Assembly (NCBI RefSeq): GCF_013403865.1
Contig: NZ_JABFDK010000007.1
Coordinates: 154,879 to 178,878 of the forward strand
DNA from: Winogradskyella costae
GTDB taxonomy: Bacteria; Bacteroidota; Bacteroidia; Flavobacteriales; Flavobacteriaceae
DNA length: 24,000 nucleotides
Reading direction: 5' to 3'
This document shows positions 17,138 to 24,000 of this stretch, piece after piece (the first letter of the stretch is position 1; every line of letters begins with the position of its first letter). The translations under genes were made by a program, and so were the position numbers. A model generated the notes under the pieces. The model searched no databases. It was given only the letters and a program-made list of their open reading frames with translations, and was not told the origin of the DNA.

Positions 17138-17298
17138 TACTTCTTTTTTAATGTGTTTTTGTTGAATCCATAAGGACAATGTCTGCAGCCGCTTTCACAA
17201 CAATAGCCACGTTTTAAATGGTATTGCTCAGTAAAACAGCGGTAACCTTCTGGTGTTAGATAATAATCACCGTCTTCAATTGGGACGTATTTTTTCAT
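17137..17298 (-). CDS. Small Cys-rich protein (53 aa), DUF5522-like; absent from the ORF track
   Basis: My own translation of the minus strand gives MKKYVPIEDGDYYLTPEGYRCFTEQYHLKRGYCCESGCRHCPYGFNKNTLKKK. The GYCCxxGCxHCPY motif matches my recollection of DUF5522. Its stop overlaps the hutU ATG (TAATG). Confidence 0.7.
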   Translation of the reverse strand: MKKYVPIEDGDYYLTPEGYRCFTEQYHLKRGYCCESGCRHCPYGFNKNTLKKK

Positions 17299-17386
17299 AG
17301 TTAATACCAAATAAACATCAAAATGCTAGGTTAAGTTCGTTGCTGTTTCCTTTATATTTTCAATTTAATTTAAAGAAAATATATTC

Positions 17387-17394
17387 CAAATTTA
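17387..17394 (-). promoter_or_regulatory. Candidate -7 box (TAAATTTG on the minus strand) for the DUF5522-hutU unit
   Basis: Exact TAnnTTTG match about 90 nt upstream of the small-ORF ATG. No clear -33 element was found. Confidence 0.3.
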
Positions 17395-17469
17395 CCTTCA
17401 ATAATTTAAAAATTCATTTGGTATAACAAAGATAACGTAATTTGGTTTGATTTTTGAAACGAATAAAGC

Positions 17470-17799
17470 ATGATATTGATTTCGAAATATATAGTGCCAA
17501 ACGGTTATGCGGGAATTACCATTTTTCCTTTTGTGTTTTTAAAAACTGAAAATTTAAAACGTAATACTGTACTTGTAAATCATGAAAAGATTCATCTAAG
17601 ACAACAGGTTGAATTATTTATTCTTCCATTTTATATGATGTATACAATTGAATTTTTATGTCGATTTATTCAATATAGAAAATGGGATTTAGCTTATAGA
17701 AATATCTCTTTTGAGCGTGAAGCTTATAGTCATGAAAAAGATCTTAGTTATTTAAAATCAAGATCTTTCTTTAATGTGTTTAAATTTATTAGAAATTAA
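17470..17799 (+). CDS. Small hypothetical membrane protein with an HExxH motif (putative minimal metallopeptidase-like)
   Basis: 109 aa with HEKIH at residues 38-42 (nt 17581-17595). One clear hydrophobic helix follows (ELFILPFYMMYTIEFLCRFI), and an acidic FEREAY block lies 39 aa downstream. No family was recognised. Confidence 0.55.
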   Translation: MILISKYIVPNGYAGITIFPFVFLKTENLKRNTVLVNHEKIHLRQQVELFILPFYMMYTIEFLCRFIQYRKWDLAYRNISFEREAYSHEKDLSYLKSRSFFNVFKFIRN

Positions 17800-17828
17800 A
17801 TTTTTGCGATTTTTTATTCGCTATCAGT

Positions 17829-17836
17829 TAACTTTG
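17829..17836 (+). promoter_or_regulatory. Candidate promoter: -7 box TAACTTTG, with -33 TTTG at 17803-17806
   Basis: Exact TAnnTTTG match 21 nt upstream of the TTG start at 17857. A TTTG lies 22 nt upstream of the box. Confidence 0.5.
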
Positions 17837-17856
17837 TTGGTATAAAAACAAAGCAG

Positions 17857-18762
17857 TTGTTAAATAGTCGTACTCATAATCAGCATTTATCTATTCCCAA
17901 TACGTCGATAGAAATTACAATTAAACGTGAAGATTTAATTCATCCTTTTATTTCTGGAAATAAGTATCGTAAGTTAAAATTCAATATTGAACAAGCTAAA
18001 ACTAACAATATAAAAACCTTATTAACCTTTGGAGGTGCATTTTCAAATCATATTGCAGCTGTGGCTTATGCCGGAAAAGAATATGGTTTTAATACGATAG
18101 GAGTAATTAGAGGTGAAGAGCTAAAAGAAAAGAAGGACTTAAACCCAACGCTGACATTTGCAAAATCTTGTGGTATGCAATTTGAATTTGTGTCTCGAGA
18201 GGTTTATCGGAATAAAACCAACGGTGATTTCATAAATAGCTTAAGAAATGAATTTGGAGATTTTTATTTAATTCCGGAAGGAGGTACAAATGAATTGGCC
18301 GTCAAAGGTTGTGAGGAAATTTTGGAAGCAGACGATTTTAATTTTGATTATATCTGTTGTGCAGTAGGAACTGGAGGAACAATATCGGGATTAATTAATA
18401 CGTCTAAAAAGCATCAGAAAATATTAGGTTTTCCGGCTTTAAAAGGTGATTTTTTACAAGAAGATATTCGTAAATTTGCAAATCAAGACAACTGGAAGTT
18501 AATAACAAATTATCATTTTGGTGGTTATGGTAAAATAAAGCCCGAATTGATTGCGTTTATTAACACGTTTAAGAACGATTATAATATTCCATTAGATCCT
18601 ATTTATACTGGGAAAATGCTATTTGGAATATTTGATTTAATTGCTCTTGGATATTTTCCAAAAGATTCTAAGATACTCGTCATTCATACTGGAGGTTTGC
18701 AAGGTGTTGCAGGTGTAAATGATATGTTGAAGCGTAAAAACCGACCTTTAATTGAAATATAA
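17857..18762 (+). CDS. PLP-dependent enzyme of the 1-aminocyclopropane-1-carboxylate deaminase / D-cysteine desulfhydrase family
   Basis: 301 aa. KREDLIHPFISGNKYRKL carries the PLP-lysine motif of this Trp-synthase-beta-like family, along with AVGTGGT and HTGG blocks. The start is TTG, with no in-frame ATG near the conserved N-terminus. Confidence 0.8.
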   Translation: MLNSRTHNQHLSIPNTSIEITIKREDLIHPFISGNKYRKLKFNIEQAKTNNIKTLLTFGGAFSNHIAAVAYAGKEYGFNTIGVIRGEELKEKKDLNPTLTFAKSCGMQFEFVSREVYRNKTNGDFINSLRNEFGDFYLIPEGGTNELAVKGCEEILEADDFNFDYICCAVGTGGTISGLINTSKKHQKILGFPALKGDFLQEDIRKFANQDNWKLITNYHFGGYGKIKPELIAFINTFKNDYNIPLDPIYTGKMLFGIFDLIALGYFPKDSKILVIHTGGLQGVAGVNDMLKRKNRPLIEI

Positions 18763-18765
18763 AGC

Positions 18766-19599
18766 ATGAAATTCAAATATTTATTTTTATTAGTTGCATT
18801 ATTAGCATTGAGTTGTGGCCCTAAAAAGGGAATTGTAACTAAAAAGAAGCAAAGGAGTACTACAAAAACAGTCGTTGTTGAGAATAAAAAAGACGTCGTT
18901 AAAACAGTTGAGCCAGAAGCCCCAGCTGTAAAAGCAAATGATACGCGAAGCTCTGTAGAGATCTACATCGATTTATATGCAAATATTGCAAAATCTAAAA
19001 TGCGTACTCACAAAATACCAGCAAGTATTACATTAGCGCAAGGAATATTAGAATCAGGATCGGGTAGTGGTCGGTTGGCTGTAAAGGCAAATAATCACTT
19101 CGGAATTAAATGTCATGGCTGGACAGGTGCTAAAATTTACCATGATGATGATCGCTCTCAAGAATGCTTTAGGAAATATGATAAAGCAGAAATGTCTTAC
19201 GAAGACCATTCTGAATTCTTAACAGGCCGTAGCCGTTATGCGAGTTTATTTGATCTAAGACCCGATGATTATAAAGGTTGGGCTAAAGGCTTAAGAGCGG
19301 CGGGTTATGCAACAGATCGTAAATATCCTGAAAAACTGATTAGCTTAATTGAACGCTATAATCTTGATAAATATGATGATGAAGTTCTCAATGGAGCAAC
19401 TACTAAGTCATCGCGCAGATCAACCACTATAATAGAGGGGCCAAAGAAGGTGACGTCTAAAAAGCACACGGTGGCTAAAGGAGATACGTTGTATTCTTTA
19501 TCTAGATTATATAAAACTACGGTTGATGCTATTAAAGTTAAAAACAATTTAAAATCAAATGACCTTACTATTGGTCAACAACTTATTATTCCTAATTAA
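18766..19599 (+). CDS. Lipoprotein peptidoglycan hydrolase: N-acetylglucosaminidase (FlgJ/mannosyl-glycoprotein endo-beta-N-acetylglucosaminidase-like) domain plus C-terminal LysM
   Basis: Lipobox LLALSCG. The glucosaminidase block is ITLAQGILESGSGSGRLAVKANNHFGIKC...YATD. The LysM domain is HTVAKGDTLYSLSRLY...LTIGQQLIIP. Confidence 0.82.
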   Translation: MKFKYLFLLVALLALSCGPKKGIVTKKKQRSTTKTVVVENKKDVVKTVEPEAPAVKANDTRSSVEIYIDLYANIAKSKMRTHKIPASITLAQGILESGSGSGRLAVKANNHFGIKCHGWTGAKIYHDDDRSQECFRKYDKAEMSYEDHSEFLTGRSRYASLFDLRPDDYKGWAKGLRAAGYATDRKYPEKLISLIERYNLDKYDDEVLNGATTKSSRRSTTIIEGPKKVTSKKHTVAKGDTLYSLSRLYKTTVDAIKVKNNLKSNDLTIGQQLIIPN

Positions 19600-19602
19600 T
19601 TT

Positions 19603-20889
19603 ATGTTATATAAAAGAAGTAGTGCTTTGTTTCAAGATGCACAAAAGGTTATTCCTGGTGGTGTAAATTCTCCAGTTAGAGCATTTAATGCTGTAGGTGG
19701 AACACCAATTTTTGCTAAATCTGCAAAAGGAGCTTATGTTTATGATGAAGATGGAAATCGTTTTATAGATTATATAAATTCTTGGGGTCCAATGTTACTT
19801 GGTCATGCATTTTCTCCTGTAGTAGATGCCGTTATTGAAAAAGCAAAACAAGGAACTTCCTTCGGAATGCCAACAGCTATTGAAACTGAGATCGCGGAAT
19901 TAGCGGTTTCTATGGTGCCAAATATTGATAAAATACGTTTTGTAAATTCAGGTACTGAAGCGTGTATGAGTGCTATTCGTTTAGCTAGAGGTTTTACCAA
20001 AAAAGATAAGATTATAAAATTTGCAGGTTGTTATCATGGCCATAGTGATTCGTTTTTAATTGCCGCAGGAAGTGGTGCCATAACATTTGGAACACCCAAT
20101 AGTCCTGGTGTAACAGAAGGAACAGCAAAAGATACGTTATTGGCAAGGTATAATGATCTTGAAAATGTAAAAGAATTAGTTGAAGCAAATAAAGATGCTA
20201 TAGCTGCAATTATTATTGAGCCTGTCGCGGGTAATATGGGCTGTATTCCGCCTGTAGATGGGTTTTTAGAAGGTTTAAGGTCTGTTTGCGATTCTAACGA
20301 TATCTTATTGATTTTTGATGAGGTTATGACGGGTTTTAGATTGGCAAATGGAGGCGTGCAAGAACTTAAAAATATTAATGCAGATATCGTTTGTTTCGGA
20401 AAAGTTGTTGGGGGTGGATTGCCAGTTGGTGCCTTTGCTGCTAGAAATGAAATTATGAATTATTTAGCTCCAATTGGTCCTGTGTATCAAGCAGGAACTT
20501 TAAGTGGGAATCCGTTAGCTATGGCAGCTGGATTAGCAATGCTTAAAACCATTAATGCTGATGCTGATTTGATGAATAGGCTAGAGGTGAAAACAAAATA
20601 TCTTCATGATGGTATTGCGGATGCACTTAATAAAAATAATGTAACACATACAATCAATAGAATAGGGTCTATGATTTCTGTTCATTTTTCAGAGGATGCA
20701 GTTGTAGATTTTGATTCTGCTGCCAAAGGAAATAATGACACGTTTAAAAAGTTCTTTCACGGTATGCTAGACAAAGGTATTTATATTGCGCCGAGTGCAT
20801 TTGAAACCTGGTTTATAACGGATGCTTTAACTTATGAAGATTTAGACGAAACCATTGCGGCTGTCGAGGACATTGCAAAAGATTTGTAA
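19603..20889 (+). CDS. hemL: Glutamate-1-semialdehyde 2,1-aminomutase
   Basis: 428 aa with N-terminal [13 protein letters not shown], then [17 protein letters not shown] and the K-containing [10 protein letters not shown] block typical of HemL. Confidence 0.95.
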   Translation: MLYKRSSALFQDAQKVIPGGVNSPVRAFNAVGGTPIFAKSAKGAYVYDEDGNRFIDYINSWGPMLLGHAFSPVVDAVIEKAKQGTSFGMPTAIETEIAELAVSMVPNIDKIRFVNSGTEACMSAIRLARGFTKKDKIIKFAGCYHGHSDSFLIAAGSGAITFGTPNSPGVTEGTAKDTLLARYNDLENVKELVEANKDAIAAIIIEPVAGNMGCIPPVDGFLEGLRSVCDSNDILLIFDEVMTGFRLANGGVQELKNINADIVCFGKVVGGGLPVGAFAARNEIMNYLAPIGPVYQAGTLSGNPLAMAAGLAMLKTINADADLMNRLEVKTKYLHDGIADALNKNNVTHTINRIGSMISVHFSEDAVVDFDSAAKGNNDTFKKFFHGMLDKGIYIAPSAFETWFITDALTYEDLDETIAAVEDIAKDL

Positions 20890-20891
20890 AT

Positions 20892-20924
20892 AAAAAAAGT
20901 CTCGCATTTTGCGAGACTTTTTTT
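20892..20924. terminator. Bidirectional rho-independent terminator between convergent hemL and the 119-aa gene
   Basis: AAAAAAAGTCTCGCA tttt GCGAGACTTTTTTT is a GC-containing stem flanked by an A run and a T run. Confidence 0.85.
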
Positions 20925-20940
20925 ATTATAAAAAATGAGC

Positions 20941-21300
20941 TTAACGTTTTTTGAATGCTTTGTAGCGATTAAATTGTTCTTTATTTAAAAGATTTTTCAT
21001 TTGGTTGTCAAGCTTTTCGTTTGCGGCTGTTGTTTTAATAAATGATTCTTTATCAGTTGAGTTTTCGTTTTCAATGAAATATAAGGCACTCGTGTGCTCT
21101 GTTACTATTTCGTAAACTTCCTCTGTTTTGTCTTTTTCCAACCGAACAAATTTTATTAAACCTTTAGTCGTTTTAATAGCATTAGCTTCTATAATAGCAT
21201 TCGCTTCCTTATCAGTTTTGCTGTCTTGTGCTGCAGCTGTCTGAGTTCCTAATAATAATGCAAATGCAAATAAGCAAAGTGTGATAATCTTTTTCATCAT
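20941..21300 (-). CDS. Secreted small hypothetical protein (signal peptide; helical, Lys/Glu-rich; C-terminal LNKEQ motif)
   Basis: 119 aa with a cleavable-looking signal peptide (LLLGTQTAAAQ). The C-terminal LLNKEQFNRYKAF resembles an LTxxQ-type motif. No confident family assignment. Confidence 0.6.
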   Translation of the reverse strand: MMKKIITLCLFAFALLLGTQTAAAQDSKTDKEANAIIEANAIKTTKGLIKFVRLEKDKTEEVYEIVTEHTSALYFIENENSTDKESFIKTTAANEKLDNQMKNLLNKEQFNRYKAFKKR

Positions 21301-21343
21301 TGATTTTTAAATTCGATACTAAAATAACAATTTAATTCAATAA

Positions 21344-21379
21344 AAAGAAAAAGTATCACCGAAGCGATACTTTTTCTTT
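21344..21379 (-). terminator. Rho-independent terminator downstream of the 157-aa gene
   Basis: Perfect 14-bp stem AAAGAAAAAGTATC / GATACTTTTTCTTT with an 8-nt loop (GCUUCGGU on the minus strand). T-rich sequence follows on the minus strand. Confidence 0.75.
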
Positions 21380-21398
21380 AAAATAAAATATTGATATC

Positions 21399-21872
21399 TT
21401 ATTTGTCATCTTCTTGTTTGTTGTCTTTTTCTTTTCGTTTTTTATTATGATCACCTCTCTTTTTATGCTTTTTAGGCTTCATTTTTTCGAACTTAGCATA
21501 TTGTTCCGCATTTAAGATGGTTTTCATATCGCGCTTCACTTCAATCTGTTGATCTAATCTTGTGTTTTGCATCTTAAGGAATTCTTCTTGAGAAGGTCTT
21601 TCTCTTTTTTCTCCTTCTGCAGATTTATGTTTTTGTCTTAATCCTTCGTTTGCTTTTGCTTCATTTAAGAAAATAGAATGTACTTTTTTCTGTTGCGCAG
21701 CAGTTAAATCTAGTTTTAAAGTTAGCTTCTTTGATTTTAAATCTGCAATATCATTGGGTGTCATTTGCATCCTTAGTTCTGATCTGTCTTTGCGTTCTGA
21801 TCTCTTTTCTTTTTCCTGCGCCATGCCATTTAATGTAAATAGAGCAACAGCGATTACTAATAATTTTTTCAT
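21399..21872 (-). CDS. Secreted Spy/CpxP-like (LTxxQ-motif) periplasmic protein with a highly basic C-terminal tail
   Basis: 157 aa with signal peptide LFTLNGMAQ. It has two LTxxQ-type motifs (LDLTAAQQKKV and ILNAEQYAKFEKM) and the tail KPKKHKKRGDHNKKRKEKDNKQEDDK. Confidence 0.55.
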   Translation of the reverse strand: MKKLLVIAVALFTLNGMAQEKEKRSERKDRSELRMQMTPNDIADLKSKKLTLKLDLTAAQQKKVHSIFLNEAKANEGLRQKHKSAEGEKRERPSQEEFLKMQNTRLDQQIEVKRDMKTILNAEQYAKFEKMKPKKHKKRGDHNKKRKEKDNKQEDDK

Positions 21873-21964
21873 GTCTTTATAGTTTTATGTTATACTTATT
21901 TAGACCTAGAGTCCTTATGTAGGTTTAACTGTAAGTTGTGTTTTAACAAGTATTTTAACATTAA

Positions 21965-23461
21965 TCATAGTTTTAAGAGCTTTAAAGTTGTTTGAAATAG
22001 GTTCTCTTTTTCAACCTTACTTTTTAGCCACGCGTAGAAGCTTAATATAAATATATCCTCTTTGTCTAGAGTAGTCCACTCAAAAGTTAATTCAATTTTG
22101 TTTTTAAATTCAGGTGTGTTTATACTTTTAGGTTTTATGTAATATAATTCTGCAAATTTTAGAAAAATTATAATTCTAGTTTGCCCAATTTGATTTAAGT
22201 AGCCTGTGTAGCGTCGCCTAAAACTTTTTAATCTCGAATAAAATAAGTCGTCTTCTTGCAATTCTGCATATAATAAAAGCTCGGCGACATTTTTTTTTAT
22301 CACCCAATCTATACCTGATTTTTCTTGGTACCATTGATCAGTATGATAAAATTTAGATGAAATGGATTTAGCCTTTCCAAAGTCCTCTTTTTGAAAGTAA
22401 AACATAAAACTAGTTAGCTGTAAGTCTAGTAAGGTTTCTGTGTCAACATGTTTTTGATTTGTGAAGCGTTCAATTAGTGCAATCGCGTCATCTTGTTTAT
22501 TGCTATAGTTTAGATTTAAAGCTTTAACTAAGGTTTTTTTTAAAATGAATGATTTGTGAAAAGTGCATTTTTTTAGCTGCATTAACTGTTCCATTTCATT
22601 GATGTAGCGCAAAGAAGCTTCAAATTTTTTATTTCTGAAGAGTGTGTTTGCAATGATATAAACGATTTCAATTTGATAAAAGAGTTGCTTATCGGTTTCC
22701 TTTTTTTGTTTTAGAATGTCATAACTCTTCATCACAAAGCCTTCGATTGAATAGTATTTTTTTGTGACTAAAGCCGAAATATTAGCAATCGCTAAAATTT
22801 GATATAAGGATTTAAAGGAAAGTGAGGTATTGATCTCAATGTGGTTTGCATTCAGTAGATGTTCAAGTTCTAATTCAAAATCAATAACACTTCCTTTATA
22901 TGTGACTTCATTTAACATCAATTTTAACTGAGCGTACACGATGTTAAGTCGGTCTTCTAAGTGATGTCTTTTCTGATTTTCTTTCTGTTTAATTATTAAG
23001 TCATCTATACTCACTTTAGGATAATTATGTGCATACTGGATTTTGGTATGGTAAATTTCGTTGAGTATAGGGAACATTAAATGCTCGTCTGCTAAGCGTT
23101 CTGCTTTATCTAAAACTTTATATGCGATGTCATAATTTTTTTGAAGCAAAAATGTGCGTGATGCTAAGATATATTTAATAGCCTGTATATCTGTGGAATT
23201 CTCGTCCTCGAGGTTTTTATTGGCTGTGAAATCTATTAAGGATTGGAATAAGCGCTTTCTTAAAGCATGATAAGCATTACAGTTTTCTACTTTGTAAAGT
23301 TGATTGCAAATGCTTTTAGAATCGTCATTAGAATGCGCGAGTACTTTAAATAATTGAATGTTCTTTATGTCCTTTCGCTTGTTCTTTTGTTGAAGATAAT
23401 TTATAAATTTCTGTTGCTCATCAATTGTTAATGTATCAATTATAGATTTCAATCCTATCAT
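21965..23461 (-). CDS. Hypothetical cytoplasmic all-alpha (TPR-like) protein, 498 aa
   Basis: A long ORF with host-like codon usage, no signal peptide and no TM segment. The helical, repeat-like composition includes many Y/F-x-x-A/L helices. No family was recognised by eye. Confidence 0.6.
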   Translation of the reverse strand: MIGLKSIIDTLTIDEQQKFINYLQQKNKRKDIKNIQLFKVLAHSNDDSKSICNQLYKVENCNAYHALRKRLFQSLIDFTANKNLEDENSTDIQAIKYILASRTFLLQKNYDIAYKVLDKAERLADEHLMFPILNEIYHTKIQYAHNYPKVSIDDLIIKQKENQKRHHLEDRLNIVYAQLKLMLNEVTYKGSVIDFELELEHLLNANHIEINTSLSFKSLYQILAIANISALVTKKYYSIEGFVMKSYDILKQKKETDKQLFYQIEIVYIIANTLFRNKKFEASLRYINEMEQLMQLKKCTFHKSFILKKTLVKALNLNYSNKQDDAIALIERFTNQKHVDTETLLDLQLTSFMFYFQKEDFGKAKSISSKFYHTDQWYQEKSGIDWVIKKNVAELLLYAELQEDDLFYSRLKSFRRRYTGYLNQIGQTRIIIFLKFAELYYIKPKSINTPEFKNKIELTFEWTTLDKEDIFILSFYAWLKSKVEKENLFQTTLKLLKL

Positions 23462-23612
23462 TTAATCGTCATTATTATATTTAGTACATGCCTAAATATA
23501 TTGAATTTTTAATATAGGATGTAAATTATATCGTCAGTTTAGTTTAAATTTTAATTTTATGCTTCTTCACTTTTGTTAGAGATTTGGCTTATAATCATTA
23601 AAACTAAATACT

Positions 23613-24000
23613 ATGAATTATCAAACAACAGTGTCTTTAAAAGATGAAGAAAATTTAAAATCAAAAAAGAAAGATAGGAAGGTGTATAACCATAAACCAA
23701 CACCAGCATTTATTGGAGCCTCGTGGTCGGCCTTACTTATTGGTATGGTTGCTTATTGTATTGGACTTTGGAATGCAAATATGGAACTCAACGAAAAAGG
23801 CTATTATTTCACCATTCTATTATTTGGATTGTTCTCAGTAATCTCAGTTCAAAAAGCCGTTAGAGATAAGCTCGAAAACATTCAAGTTACCGAAATGTAC
23901 TATGGCATCAGTTGGTTCACTTCGATAGCGGCCATTGTTTTATTAACCATTGGATTATGGAACGCAGATTTAGAATTAAGTGAAAAAGGCTTCTACGCTA
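23613..24000 (+). CDS. YiaA/YiaB-family inner-membrane protein (two YiaAB two-helix repeats); 3' end lies outside the window; absent from the ORF track
   Basis: My own translation from the ATG at 23613 has no stop up to the window edge. The repeated signature is IGLWNANMELNEKGYYF ... IGLWNADLELSEKGFYA, each flanked by hydrophobic helices. Confidence 0.75.
   Translation, partial: MNYQTTVSLKDEENLKSKKKDRKVYNHKPTPAFIGASWSALLIGMVAYCIGLWNANMELNEKGYYFTILLFGLFSVISVQKAVRDKLENIQVTEMYYGISWFTSIAAIVLLTIGLWNADLELSEKGFYA

Noticed and set aside
17138-17179. N-terminal extension of hutU from the TTG at 17179 (MSLWIQQKHIKKEV)
   Set aside because: It would overlap the 3' end of the Cys-rich small ORF in another frame. 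The ATG at 17137 gives the classic TAATG stop/start overlap and a urocanase-like N-terminus.
19356-20000. Minus-strand ORFs 19356-19547 and 19803-20000
   Set aside because: They are antisense to the glucosaminidase/LysM and hemL genes and have no family signal.

Overview
The window is an AT-rich chromosomal segment. Gene content, TAnnTTTG-type -7 boxes and the lack of Shine-Dalgarno sequences point to a Flavobacteriia (Bacteroidota) core genome rather than an accessory island. I found no integrase, transposase, CRISPR array, toxin-antitoxin pair or recognisable defence gene.

Gene content, left to right:
- A branched-chain amino/keto-acid cluster: E2 acyltransferase 3' end, ilvE, and a fused E1 alpha/beta.
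- A TPP-riboswitch-controlled thiamine operon: thiS, thiC, a TenI/ThiE-like paralog, thiD, thiE, thiG, thiH and a thiF-rhodanese fusion.
- A minus-strand block: csp, a SulP/STAS anion transporter, a DUF4136-like lipoprotein, hutU, and a 53-aa Cys-rich ORF (DUF5522-like) that the ORF track missed.
- A plus-strand block: a small HExxH membrane protein, an ACC-deaminase/D-Cys-desulfhydrase-family PLP enzyme, a glucosaminidase-LysM lipoprotein, and hemL.
- A minus-strand trio: a 498-aa all-helical hypothetical protein plus two secreted LTxxQ/Spy-like small proteins.
- The 5' part of a YiaA/YiaB-family membrane protein, also missing from the ORF track.

No clear novel multi-gene system is supported. 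The most unusual signals are small-scale:
- Families of hairpin (REP/MITE-like) repeats. One is a duplicated twin-hairpin module placed against the start codons of ilvE and the E1 gene. One apparent copy lies in frame inside the E1 gene. A roughly 135-nt structured copy splits the thi operon.
- A repeat-containing ~95-aa periplasmic-loop insertion in the SulP transporter.
- The overlapping DUF5522-hutU pair.
- The uncharacterised helical-protein/Spy-like trio.

All family assignments come from reading the translations. No database search was run.
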